Positions 1-12,653 are shown, numbered from the stretch's first letter. The stretch is DNA of 64,000 nucleotides from Octopus bimaculoides (GCF_001194135.2 NC_068986.1:46421147-46485146); one strand, 5' to 3'. Program-made: numbers and translations. The notes: generated from the letters alone by a model not told the origin.

Positions 1-1265
1 GTCATATTTTCATTCCTCAGTGGAAACATTTCCAGTTATGAAGAAATATTACTTAGGAACAAGCGAGTGTCAGTGACTGGAAGGGTATTTGACAATAGAA
101 GTTCTATCTCAATGCATGCTGAGTCATGCAAGCAAGAGGAGTAGACACTGGTCATGGGTGATGGTAGCGGTTGTTGTTGTTGTTGTAATGGTGGTGGTGG
201 TACAGTAGTGGTGATGAAGATGACGATGATGATGGTGACAATAATGATGATGGTAGTTTCCCATTGCAGAATAATATAAAAGTTGTTGTTTAGCCACATA
301 TCAGTTCTGAGAGAAGAAGAAGACTATTTATCAAGGCCATTCCAGCCATGACCTTACCATTAATTCTTAAAGGAAATATGTGATACAAATACCAGCAGCA
401 ACAATATTTATTATATCCTTTAAACAGGTGGTGTAAGTGAAGGGAGATTTTTTGAAGTTATTTCTAGCATGTTTAGTGACTATGTAGAATTTTTTTTATT
501 AACTCATAAAACACAAAGAGTATTCAGTCATGGGCTTAAATAGCTTATACATATATTTCTATTGCACAGTGATTGAGAGTACATTTAATCAAAATAAAAT
601 ATTTTATAACCAAAGTTATATATCTTCTCATGACAAACTATTTTAGATTAATCAAATTTACAAACGTAAAATGTGTAAAAGTATATATCATAAGGAACGT
701 TTTATTGTGCTAGACTGTTTTTATTTTCACATTTACTTATTTTATACAATTCCATAAAATGAGCAGAAGGTTTTGTATTTCTGTATAGTAGAAGTTAATC
801 ATTGACAGAATGGTAAATCAAGTGATAAAATGTAAGATTTGTGTTGCTGCGTGTTTTATCAGCAATGTATAGAAAATTTACAGGAGGAAAGACCCTCCGG
901 GTATAATGGACTTCAGATTGTTGAAAACAGATATATGTTGTAATTAGTTTTTGTAGAGCAGTGAACCCATATTAAAAGACATCTGAAGCATTTAATCAAT
1001 AGTAATACTTTATCTAAAGTCACAACTAGATGTGTATATCAGTGTGTATGCTCAAAGATTACAAACTTCCCAGCTGCAGATATCTTTGTACATGTGAAAC
1101 TATGCACATCCTTAAAGGATCTTTGAAAGGTCAATTCTAGAATTTATAAATCTAAATACCTGTCTCAGCTAGATCAGATAAGATTTTTAACTTTTACATT
1201 GTATTCCTTACAACTAACATCAAATATCTTCAAAATACTTAAACCTTCTAGTGTAAATATTGCTT

Positions 1266-1470
1266 TCAAATTTTGGCACAAGGCCAGTAATTTGAGTGGA
1301 GGGAATAATTTGATTATATTGATCCCAGTGCTCAGCTGTTACGTATTTTATCAACCCTGAAAGAATGAAAGGCAAAGTCAGCTTTGGCAGAATATGAACA
1401 AATCATAAAAACAGATGAAATTTTGTGAAGTATTTTGCCTGGCATGATCACAATTCTGTTGGCTCACCAC
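1266..1470 (-). mobile_element. SINE family B (Meta-domain-like), decayed copy
   Basis: Reverse complement of the ~210-bp unit also at 16731, 27135, 32611, 37368 (core GCCTTTCATCCTTT..GATAAAATAAGTAC, here 'gaaagaatgaaaggcaaagtc'). Meta-domain resemblance is from memory. Ends approximate. Confidence 0.75.
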
Positions 1471-3721
1471 TCTGCTTTCTTAACAAATGTAAAAATTAAA
1501 ATCATTAAACATAACCTTATGTTTATCTATATCTTAGATAGAGACAAACATCTGTCCATCTCTCTGTAATCATCATCATTATCATTGTTTAATGTTTACT
1601 TTTCTGTGTTAGCATAATTCAAATAGAATTTTGTTGATGCAAATTTTCTACAGCTAAATGTCCTTCATGTCACCAACGACTAGCCCACATCTGTTTCCAT
1701 GTGAGGTAACATTTCTTTATGGCCTGATATATATTTTTCACAGAAGACTAGAAATAAACAACATTGCTGGTATGATGGTGATATTTGATTGTAACAACAC
1801 ACACACACACTTGAACACACATACACACACATGTACATGAACACACGCATAAATACATATATGCATATATATTCATATATACAACAGGCTTCTGCTAGTT
1901 TCTGTCTATCAATTCCACTCACAAGACTTTGGTCAGCCCAAGGCTATAGTAGAAGGCACTTGCTCAATGGAACTAAACCCAACACCACATAGTTGGGATG
2001 CAAACTTCATGATCATATTGCCACACCTATGTCTTTATACTGAATGCCATAATTTTGGTAGAAAGAATGAGAAATAAAATGACAATGCTAAAATAATATA
2101 TATGATACTAACAGAGTTAGCAGATAAATAAAAAGATCAGTTATATGATAGTAATGACAATAAACCTCAGTAATGACAAGAAACACTGGTATAGTGTAAG
2201 ATAAAGCCGTAGAACAAGCAACAAGGGAATGGATAATGCAGGTATTCATTTATGGAAATGAATCTATTATCTGCACAATCTCTAACAAAAAGCCTGTCAA
2301 ACAATTGGTTACTTAACAGTTACCATACTTGCTATTTGTGAGCCAGATTGACTTTAGTGTGAGCAAGAAAATAGACAAATTGTCATTATAAAATATCCCT
2401 TATGACAAAGTCATTCACCAACATAGATGAGTGGTTAATGGGATCAATTTGAAAGTTATGAGAGACAAACAACTAAGATAATGAAAATTTAAAAGCTAAA
2501 AGATAACTCCAAGAGATATAACTTCTATATGATACCAACAAGAGAGGCAGAAATACAGAATCTGAGAACAACAGGATATTATTGACAACCTACTAGTCTA
2601 TCTACAACAGTAACTGATCAAGCTCAAATAGTGGCTCAATGAAAACAATAGATAACATGATGGTGAGATATAGTTATAAACATAACTATACAAGATGTGT
2701 CTATATTGAAACATGTAGACGAAAAAAGCATAGGAAATCATAAATATAGAATAGATAAATTCTAAATGTTATGTGATAGCTTTTAGTAAAATAGAGCAGA
2801 ATATTTTTCAAATTGTAAGTCACAAAAAGTAACAAGTATTTGATATTGAGAGGTATTCCTGATAAATTAAATTCTATAAATGCGTTTATATTTACTTAGT
2901 GACAATGTAAAAAGATTTTAAAGTATCCAAATGAAAATTTGTTAAATAATAAATATGAATTTAATTGTGATAACTGATCCTCAAAAGAGTTCAGAAAGGC
3001 ACTAGCAATGAAGACAATCATAAAGAACTTAGAAATATTTTAGTCAGTCTTCACCTGTCCACCTATCCTCTTTTAATAACAACCTGCTTGAGGCCACATC
3101 TTGTTTGATAATACAAAAGTCTTAAATTTTATAGTGTTAATATTTAAATTGAAACATTTTCTTAAAACTCTATGTAAAAAAGAAAAAAAAACCCACTTGT
3201 TATATTCCAAATACCAAATATTGATGAAAAATTAATTATTTTACAAAGCCTTAGAAATTCTTGATTATTTTCAAAATTAATAAGAAATATAGCTATGAAA
3301 GGGTTATGGGTATAAACAGATATATTACTAAAAGGATAAATTGCAGGAATCTCAAGTAAATAAATATCTTTGGGAAGATAGTAATGAAAGTTCCATCAGT
3401 GTTTAGTGTATAATATTTCTGGTTGGATAGAATGAAGTTTATGATGTGTTTGACATGGTATATTTCAAGTGAAATTGCAGTTCTATCTGGCATTTACCTA
3501 CACATAAAAGACCTTTGATTCTCTGATGAATATTTAGAAAGCTATATGATGAATGAATGTGTTACAAGGACAATTTAGGTTGTACATATTTTTCTTTTTC
3601 TTTCAAATAGGATTAGTTGAAAATTCATTGGTTATATGGATATTCATCAATGATTTGTCTTCAAGTAAGGGTAAATAAAACTACAAGAGTTCAAACATGT
3701 ATGCAGACTTGAATTTTTGTA

Positions 3722-3993
3722 TATTTTATAGCTGAATGTATAAGTAAGATATAGATTGTTGACATGAAATATTACATAGATAATATTATGTTAATAGTAG
3801 GAGCACCAGAATCCCCAAAACATAAGAGAAGCCATATTACTTGTCATGCAGTAATCTCTATTTTATAGCTGAATGCAAAAAGGAAAATATAGATTGTTGA
3901 CATGAAATATTTCATGGATGATATTAAGATACATGTTAATAATAGGAGCACAAGAATACCAAAGTGTAAGAGGAGTCATTACTTGTCATGCAG
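3722..3993. repeat. Degenerate tandem duplication, 2 x ~137 bp
   Basis: 'tattttatagctgaatg...atagattgttgacatgaaatatt...taggagcac...acttgtcatgcag' starts at 3722 and again at 3859. Confidence 0.9.
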
Positions 3994-4398
3994 GAATTCA
4001 ATATCATGTTAGTGAGTACAAAATAAATACATTGAGATCCAAGAAGACTTGTCACAAAATAAAATTCCTTTAACATTACACAAACTAGTGTAGTGACAGC
4101 ATTATTGGTAGAATTTTGCTAACCTTAATCGACTCTACCTATGATCAGAGGCACTCCAATCATAACCATTCCATCTTTTCAGTGTTATGTCTGGGACTAC
4201 ATAATGCAATGAGTCATTTTTTGTTATTGACTACTGTTAGGTGCAGTTTGAAGAAGATTTGGCCTTTTCTACCAGGTCAAATCAAAGAAGCCCTTTTGCT
4301 AATTATGCAGATAAATTTTCTTCCTCCCTATTGTTAATTAATGCAAAGCTACAGTAATTCAAAAAGAAAAAAGGAGTGTAATGTAATGGATGAGCAAT

Positions 4399-4793
4399 TG
4401 TTGCTGTTGTTGTTGTTGGCACTCCATCACTTACGACGTCGAGGGTTCCAGTTGATCCGATCAACGGAACAGCCTGCTCGTGAAATTAACGTGCAAGTGG
4501 CTGAGCAATCCACAGACACGTGTACCCTTAACGTAGTTCTTGGGGATATTCAGTGTGATACAGTGTAACAAGGCTGACTCTTTGAATTACAGGCACAACA
4601 GAAACAGCAAGTAAGAGTGAGAGAAAGTTGTGGTGAAAGAGTACAGAAGGGTTTGCCACCATCCCCTGCCGGAGCCTCGTGGAACTTTAGGTGTTTTCGC
4701 TCAATAAACACTCACAACGCCTGGTCTGGGAATCGAAACCATGATCCTATGACCGCAAGTCCGCTGCCCTAACCACTGGGCCATTGTGCCTGC
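4399..4793 (-). mobile_element. tRNA-headed SINE family C, full length, (CAA)n tail, 13-bp TSD
   Basis: Minus strand begins GGCACAATGGCCCAGTGGTTAGGGCAGCGG with a B-box-like GGTTTCGATTCCC and ends in (CAA)n. Direct repeat ATGGATGAGCAAT at 4386-4398 and 4794-4806. Near-identical copy at 50313. Confidence 0.9.
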
Positions 4794-7735
4794 ATGGATG
4801 AGCAATATGTACTTGTGATAAAAAGTTGAAAGTTAATGAGTTGGGAAAGTAAGCAGATATTAAAAATATTTGCTGGTATTTGCTGGAGAGACAATTACAT
4901 TGGTTTAGTCATGTTGTTTAGATGCACATCAATTTCCACTGAATAAACCTATGATCAAAGGTGTTCTGACAATGACTATCCTTGTCTTCAGCACTGTATA
5001 TCAAGGACAATATCATCTAGTCTGTATCTCCTTTTTCAAGGGAGTAGGGCATAAATCCAGGAAGAAATGTTTGTTATTCTTAGCAGATTGATTAATAATA
5101 TTGCAGTTCCCTCATTGGCTCTAGATGAATTGGTGATAAATGCTGTGCATTGTGATTTGATAAGAGGAAAACAACTAGTAAAAGCGATAGACTAGACAAA
5201 GGTATACTTAGAAAGATATTCTTAGATAATTGAACCTCATAAAATAAAAAGAATCAACTCACATAGAAATACATAATACTGAGTGGTCTACATTACTTAC
5301 AATCAAAGAAATATAAATGTTAGACTCTTCATAGCGATAAAACCTAAATATCTGAATTCGATTTTCACTTAGTTGTCTAAGAAATAATTTTTCTTACTTA
5401 ATACCTTGTTTTATTTTTCTTGTTATATGTAATTTATCCAATGTGAAAATCTACATTCAGTGTGTAAGGAATTAATTGTTAAAAGGATGCATGAATATTA
5501 ACTTATGTCTATGAAATCTGAAGTTTAGAAAATTATAGCTTCCAGTTCTCTCATTAATTAACTGTATTCATTACACTAAGCATATAATTTATGTAACTAG
5601 CTTTCAATACAATAGTTATAAAAATTCTTTTATTTCTATTGGAAATAAAAACTTTTCATAATTGAAGTATTAAATGTTGGGTAAGTGGATAGAATTGCTT
5701 TTCAGGGAAACCTAGGAAAATATGGGACAAAGTGGTGAAGATTACTCCTTAAGATGCCAAGCCTCACAAAAGAGATGATACAGAACTGCAATGATTGGTA
5801 CCATTAAGTGCGGGGGGGGGAGTCTCACCTACCTGTGGAAGCATAATGAAATAAAACAGTAGTCGTGATGGACACTGAGATATGTAATATATCTACATTT
5901 AGGTCATTCGCCACCTATTTTGACCCTGTTAAATTTCCATCAACTCCCTCCCTGCTTCTTTGATACACTCTTTGTCATTCACTATCTCTGTCCTCACCCT
6001 CTTCCCTCTTCACTGTATAATGCTACCTCTGTAATGAATGATGATTTTAGATCTGTACTTACTCAATATTCCCCTATCAGTATCTCTGTCACAATTGTCC
6101 ATGCCATCAGCTTTTGTACTGCTAGCCTTCACTTCCTCTCCTCCAAGTCATTTTGACATTCATCACCCCCCCCCCCCCCCCTCTAGAACTATTTATCATT
6201 TACTTGGCAAGTGTACAGTTACTATCACTGCATTTTCCTCATTGCTATCAGCCACTAATGTTTGTTTTCCATTACTCTCTCCAGTGCTGTTTCGCCAAGT
6301 ACTTGTTACTCTCATCTCAATTACTCAGTTTCTCCCATCGTACCTTCTTCACTTTCTCATTCTTATTCATCTAACAGTACACTTTGTAAAACTGAATGGC
6401 ATTAGGAATGGTATTCATTCATAAAAACCATATCAGAAATGGAACATGCAAGTGGGATGTGGTCCTCCCATCTTACTCAGACCATGATGAACTCAGATGA
6501 ACTCCCATCTAACTCAGACCATGGTCATGCCAACAAGGAAAGTGAATGTAAAAAGACAACAATACAACTGTTGCCACCACTAATGATGATGACAATGCTG
6601 ATGATGATGAAAGTGTCCTCATGCATTTCACAAAATCTTGGAACAGTAAGAAAGAAATGTAAATTTCAGGTGCGAAATCTCAATTAAACAATCAGTTATT
6701 TAAATTCATTAAAAATTAACAGAATTAAGAAATTTACTTTGTAATGATGAGGTCCCAGTTCTGATATTACTGCACAGTGCCTTGAGTGAGTACCTTCTAT
6801 TATAACTTTATACTGACCCTACCTTATTGGTATCTCTTTGCCAATACACTAAGTTAGGAGGACATAAATATCCTACAAGTAGTGCAGGTGTGTGTGTGGG
6901 GGGGAATACAAATACACACATTTGTATGCATGCACATACACACACAAACATACATGTGTGCACACACACATATACTTTTGTGTGTGTGTATCTATCATTC
7001 TTAACACCCTCTTAGATCTCCCACCAAATTTCTCTTTTCACCTTTGTTCACCATTCACTGTGTCCACCATATCTTTGACCTCCATTGCTGTCTTGTCTGT
7101 ATATCTCTCTCTCCCTCCACAGTACACTTTTACCCTCCCACCACACACATCATCTCCCTATTTCTTCATAGTTTTATTATACTATTGCTCTTCACCTTTT
7201 CTGTACTGGCACTTATCTTCTCCTTCCTTATCCACTCATATTCCTTTCACTTCACTTTCTCCACCAAACTTATATTTACCATCAATTATACCTCCACTCT
7301 TATTCACCATTCACTAAAATCACTTCTACCTCCATCTGTAATGTTTTGTCATTCACCTCTCACACACTTGTGAACTTAGATTCTCTGTCTGTTTCCTCTT
7401 CTACTCACCTTATTATGCCTTGATGTTACACTCTGAACTTTATCCCTTTATTCAGCTACTCCCATCCGCCCTTAGATAATGTGGGATAGTCATGTATCTT
7501 CTGTATAGCAAGACACCAGTTTCGGTCTCTGTCCCTCTATCATAATTTTTCAGCAGCACCTAGCATAAAGCCACTTCTTTTTCCCTTTCAGTCAAAGGGG
7601 TATTTTTGCATTGCAAGTAATTAGACAATGTCACTAGTTCGGGTCTGTAAAGTGGAGTTTGGTGAAGTCCTCTAGCTCAGTGAATCATGTCAAACCGTCC
7701 AACCTATGAAAGACAAATGTTAAATTACACACATA

Positions 7736-7786
<51 letters not shown>

Positions 7787-7833
7787 GCACGCGTGAGTGC
7801 TGAAAAGTTCCTGGCTTAGGCAAAAGAAAGGTA

Positions 7834-8269
7834 CCTTTTGGTTATCTCACCCACAGTAAAATGTTGGGTTATCTCTCCCAACTAAAAACATTGTTTAACC
7901 CCCAATAAAACAAAAAAAAAAAAAAAAAAAAAAAAAGAAAAAAATAATAACCATGAAAATCGAAAAGATTAAACGTTTTATAGGATCTGATAATATTCTT
8001 ATAACAAATAATACCAAACTGAAAAAATTAATAAACACGAAAACTGAAAAAATTAAAGATCTTATTGAATCTAATAACATTATTATAACAAATCATAGCA
8101 TGCCTATTGAGGAAGCCAAAAGTCAACAATGTGTTGAGGTATTGAATCAAGAGGATCTAACCCTTTTAATCCAATCTCTTGTTGCCACATAAACTGAATA
8201 TTTTAGTGGGGCTATAACCTAATTTTTTTAATGGTAATTTTTTAAAGGGGGTGAGATAACCAAAAAATG
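7834..8269. mobile_element. TIR-bounded non-autonomous DNA element, TA-flanked, with internal ORF
   Basis: Perfect 17-bp inverted repeat TTTTGGTTATCTCACCC (7836-7852) / GGGTGAGATAACCAAAA (8249-8265). Second imperfect inner inverted pair (7867-7887 / 8201-8219). TA at 7832-33 and 8270-71. Confidence 0.7.
7953..8192 (+). CDS. 79-aa hypothetical ORF with a 28-aa-period internal repeat, inside the TIR element
   Basis: ATG to TAA intact and not microsatellite-derived. KIEKIKRFIGSDNILITN / KTEKIKDLIESNNIIITN repeat. No family recognised; expression unknown. Confidence 0.3.
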   Translation: MKIEKIKRFIGSDNILITNNTKLKKLINTKTEKIKDLIESNNIIITNHSMPIEEAKSQQCVEVLNQEDLTLLIQSLVAT

Positions 8270-8271
8270 TA

Positions 8272-8292
8272 TGGGTAGGTAGGTAGGTAGGC

Positions 8293-8348
<56 letters not shown>
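8272..8348. repeat. (GGTA)n/(TAGA)n microsatellite at the 3' end of the adjacent LINE fragment
   Basis: Seen directly, immediately downstream (minus strand) of AATAAA at 8356-8361. Confidence 0.9.
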
Positions 8349-8349
<1 letters not shown>

Positions 8350-8812
8350 TGTTTCTTTATTAGCCACACAGGGCTGAACACAGAGGGGACAAAATACAAA
8401 GTAGAGCTTTTCTTTTTGGGAAGAGCAAAAAAAAAAACAAAGATGGGGGTAGACTTTTGATCAAAAGGAATCATGGGAAAGAAAGGTGGGGAAGCCAATC
8501 AATAGGGATTGTGCATCACAGAAATGTCATAACGTAAAGGGGAAAACAGATTAGGTTTATCCACGGAAAGAAAAGCTTACAGAAAAGACCATTTTTGCAA
8601 TAATGTCATGCAAAAATCACATTACAGTAAGTGACTCTCTTTTTTTTCTGTTTTATAGGATTATGCTCAAGGTGGCTCCATCATTCACACGTGCCATCCT
8701 TGCTACATTCACCCATCTTTTATTGAAACATTCACTAGACAAAACTTCCCTCTCTACTCTCACCTTCCTCTTCAAGTGATACTTGAAGAAGTTGATGAGA
8801 GATTCACCACCA
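8349..8812 (-). mobile_element. 5'-truncated non-LTR retrotransposon 3' end (L1/Tx1-like)
   Basis: Minus frame 8802-8653 reads SLINFFKYHLKRKVRVEREVLSSECFNKRWVNVARMARVNDGATLSIIL*, then a 3' UTR, AATAAA and microsatellite tail. Clade assignment is recalled resemblance only. Confidence 0.55.
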
Positions 8813-9501
8813 TGTCATTGAGGAAGCATTGGACCTCATCTTTCACCTTGTTGTCATTGCTGAAGTGCATTCCGGCCAAATGTTCTTTCAACTTAGGGAA
8901 CAGGTGGTAGTCACTGGGTGCCAAGTCCAGACTATAAGGTGGGTGGGTGATGTCCTGTTTATGGTCTTCTGTGAGCATTCGCAGGAACCATCTTGTGCAC
9001 ACATGATATTGCAGCTTTTCACTCAAAACCCTATGAATGGTGCTTGGGGAAACCTCAGGAACCAAAATGTAGAGATCATTTAGATTGATCTGTTGATTTT
9101 CATGCAGGATTTGCTCAACTTTCGCGGCTGTCTTGTCGGAAATTGATGGTCGTTCACTTCTCCCTTCATCATGAATTTCAGTACAACCGGCTGCAAACTC
9201 CCTACACCACTTGCGGATGTTTTTGACATCAATGCATGACTTGCCATACACTTCTGTTAATTTCAATCGGCTTAATGCCTTTTGCGTTTAAAGACCAAAT
9301 AACTGTGAGAACATCACACTTGGCGGGAGCATCAATCAGGACCTCCATCAGATATGACTGCCAAGCCAAGACTGAGCATGGCAGCGAGGCATGCACAGGA
9401 GTAGGTGCATGCTCACCAAACACAACAGTGTTGCCAATAGCTGCATGCAGTTTCCTTGTGTCCTCAGCGCTTTGGATACCTTACTTTGGGGATTATCCTC
9501 A
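8807..9501 (-). mobile_element. Mariner transposon remnant, internally deleted, 3' end interrupted
   Basis: ORF 9266-8772 has the mariner HTH (VYG...VRKWCREF..G...DEGRSERP), WxPxxLT-like 'RWFLRMLTEDHK' and 'HPPYSLDLAPSDYHLFPKLKEHL'. The central catalytic segment is missing. TIR-like TA|TGAGGATAATCCCCAAAGTAAGG near 9501. Confidence 0.9.
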
Positions 9502-9863
9502 TATATACATATTTGTTGTGTGTGTGTGTGTGCATTACAAAATGTGCTACATGTTAACAATAAGGATATGTACAGGTAAAATAAAACTATAGTTCAAATG
9601 GACATGCACTAATTTGATCCTCTTTTCAGTTGTTAATTGAAAATCGTAACAGTTTTTGCACCTAAATAATTATTATTCATTCCAACAGTGTCCACAACTG
9701 ATTAGACTTCCAAAGGTATAGACAACTGAAAAGGTAGAGACAAAAGAAAAGGAGTAGTGTATACAAGATCTCACCATCAAGAATGATGATGAGACAAATT
9801 GTGAGGACAGGGAAGGTACAAGACAAAATGAACAAAGAAACATATATATGTATGTATGTATGT

Positions 9864-10193
9864 TGGGAGAACAATGCCTGTCATCGCCACAGATGGAGGA
9901 AGCAGGTTAAGGAGGGGATCGACACTTTTGAGAGAGCGAGTATCCAGCATGAAGAACTTAAGCGAGCTGCGCGAAAGCGCACGGCTCATATAGTGAATGG
10001 GGAAAGCTTAATCTGCAATGTTTGCAGTCATGTATGCTTGTCAAGAGCAGGGCTCATTAGCCACCAACGGAGCCACAAATGCAAAATATAAGTTAGTCCT
10101 AGAGCGCACTATGTTCCTGAAGGTCGGCAATGGTCTTCCACGGTCACGAGTAGACGGCCATCATGATTGTATGTATGTATGTATGTATGTATG
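9864..10193 (+). mobile_element. 5'-truncated RTE-clade LINE 3' end
   Basis: WENNACHRHRWRKQVKEG...CNVCSHVCLSRAGLISHQRSH*: RTE-type C-terminus with C2H2-like motif, then 3' UTR and (TATG)n. The left flank is also (TATG)n. Confidence 0.85.
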
Positions 10194-10386
10194 TCAGTGG
10201 GTATATAGTTTCATGATTGGCTCAAGAGAGAAAAATTTCAAAATGAAATGAAAAAGAAAGCAACAAAGTTGTCTTTTGACCTAGATGTTGAATAAAATGA
10301 TGTATGGAGAAAAAATACATGCCTTATGGCCTTAACTAACCAAGAGAGATGAAAAAAAAAAAAACACCTTGTTACTACAAAAGCAA

Positions 10387-10427
<41 letters not shown>

Positions 10428-10789
10428 ACGTGCGCACATGCACATGTACATACACATACTGGACCATAGCATTATATTTGGAATTTTATTTTTGCCTTTC
10501 TGAAATATCTCTAAACTTTTCACAACTTTCAGTTCATGTTTCTTTGAATAAATGAAAGAAAAGTCTTCAGTGATCTTCTTTGATAACAATGTAATTGCCT
10601 GCTGTATTTCTATACAAAGAGATTACAGACTGTTCTGCTAACTAAAATTTCTCTAGTAAACTGAAAGACCTGTTATATTAAGTTACCTTTTTGTTCAAAT
10701 AATAATAATAATAATAAATGAACTATAGACAAAGAGACAGTTGATATCTTTAAATTCCATACGAAGATTATAAAAACGAAACATCATCA

Positions 10790-11000
10790 TCATTTAACGT
10801 CTGCTTTCTATACTGGTATGGGTAGGATGATTTAATAGGGAACCAGCAAGCTGTAAGGTGGCATTGGACTTCAAAGTCATCTTTGGCATGTTTCTATGGC
10901 TGGATGCCCATCCTAAGATCAACCACTTTACAGAATGCACTGGGCATGTTTTTGTGCCACTGATACTAGTAAGGTGACCATGTAACTTGCAAGACAGAAA
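10790..11000 (-). mobile_element. RTE-type 3' tail repeat ((GAT)n-ended family)
   Basis: 'catcatcatcatttaacgtc...ggctggatgcccatcct...aaccact'. The same tail recurs near 1570, 12780, 14140, 17880, 31170, 32130, 38540, 60620. Ends approximate. Confidence 0.7.
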
Positions 11001-11250
11001 AAAGTGGAGAAGGAAAGAGAAGAAAAAGTTCCCACTACTAAGAATTATTTGAGAGGAGATGGTGGAAATGAGTGGCTGTATACCAGATGTTGATAGACGG
11101 AGTAGCACAAGTGTCTTGTTATAGAGAAGATATATTTGAAAGAAATAAGAAGAAAATGATGCAGTGTTAGAGCAAACTCTCAAGGAACAAAGAACATTCA
11201 AGAATTTGAATAGGTACTTGGTGTATGCTATTAAAATAAAGGCACATAAT

Positions 11251-11615
11251 TCTTTATTCGTTTATTTCTTTCAGCCATTTGACTGTGGCCATGCTGGAGC
11301 ACCGCCTTTAGTCAAACAAATCGACCCCAGGACTTATTCTATGGTTTTTTTTTTGTTGAGCCACTAAGTTACGGGGACATAAACACACCAACATTAGTTG
11401 TCAAGTAATGGTTGGGTGACAAACACAGACAAACACACACACACACACACACACACACAATGGGCTTCTTTCAGTTTCAGTCTACCAAATCCACTCACAA
11501 GGCTTTGGTCGCCCCGAGGCTATAGTAGAAGACACTTGCCCAAGGTGCCACACAATGGGACTGAACCTGGAACCATATGGTTGGGAAGCAAGCTTCTTGC
11601 CACACAGCCACGCCT
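11251..11615 (-). mobile_element. SINE family A (tRNA head, CORE-like domain, internal microsatellite)
   Basis: Minus strand: head GGCTGTGTGG..., CORE-like GGCACCTTGGGCAAGTGTCTT, internal (TG)n, tail ...CCAGCATGGCCACAGTCAAATG. At least 10 copies in the window. Confidence 0.9.
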
Positions 11616-12399
11616 GCATAAGTATTTTTTAAAAGATGGGAAAATATCAATATTTTAAAATAACTCTGTAAACAGGTAAATGCTAAAATTAAAGCACTAA
11701 TTGTAGCAATGGAATAAATTATTGATTCCTAAAACAACTATACATAAAATTCCTTGTTTCCTTCATTTCAAAATAAAAAATAAATAAAAACAAAAGTTTG
11801 CCTCATAAATATGCTTTGTGCTAACTAACTTATTTTCCCTAATATCATTTCACTCGCTACAGCTATAGTTTAATGACCTGAATTTCATTTTTCTGAAATT
11901 GCTGCATTCATTGATTACTAATTTTTGAAAATCATTGTTAATATACTATTTGCAGGAACATTACAAATCACCATTCTTTGGTTTATGAAATAATTCCTAA
12001 TTTATTACTCTTTTACTTTATAATCTTTTGTACATTTTCTGCTATGTCCTTGCGTTAGTGTCATGTGACAGTATATTTTGTGCTTAACAAAAAGAACTCT
12101 AACCCTAATTTGTTTATAATTCGAGTGAACATGTTTAGTTATAATCAAGTTTAACAGAGTACATAGCAAATAATTATTTACACGCAAAACACTTTCTGCC
12201 ACTTATCATGAGGAACCTACACAGCTAACAACCTAAACTTTAGCCACTGGACTACATACAAACGCCTCCTATCCACTCTCCTACCAGACAGATTAAATTT
12301 GGAATGCCTTGATTATAACTAAAGATGTTTACTCAACCGTGTTGGCCTTTACCTATATTTAACAAGAGCTGTGTTGTTTTTTTTTGTTTGTTTATGCAC

Positions 12400-12452
12400 A
12401 TGTGTGTGCATCAGTGTGCATGTGTATACACATATGTATGTATGTATGTGTA

Positions 12453-12503
<51 letters not shown>

Positions 12504-12518
12504 GCATGTGTGTTTGTT

Positions 12519-12572
<54 letters not shown>

Positions 12573-12616
12573 TACATATATACACACGTGCACACACACA
12601 CATATATGTACATATG

Positions 12617-12652
<36 letters not shown>
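12400..12652. repeat. Compound (TA)n/(CA)n/(TG)n microsatellite
   Basis: Seen directly; explains the overlapping YIYI/THTH ORFs. Confidence 0.95.

Positions 12653-12653
<1 letters not shown>

Noticed and set aside
36-299. 87-aa ORF with poly-I/T/P/Q
   Set aside because: Degenerate trinucleotide low-complexity sequence.
5920-7373. Hydrophobic S/L/F/H-rich ORFs
   Set aside because: Pyrimidine-skewed low-complexity strand lacks stops by composition; no motifs.
7895-8190. Minus frame resembling mitochondrial ND5 (LD..S / SDP spacing, TGA read as Trp), suggesting a NUMT
   Set aside because: The D-to-D spacing of 28 is explained by the 84-nt internal repeat; the antisense of A-rich DNA is naturally F/L/I-rich; the segment is enclosed by TIRs; no real ND5 motif is present.
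8627-8658. Perfect-looking 32-nt intron (GTAAGT...polyY-TAG) on the plus strand
   Set aside because: Lies antisense to the LINE 3' UTR and stop codon, is shorter than usual animal introns, and the joined peptide is just the LINE antisense frame.
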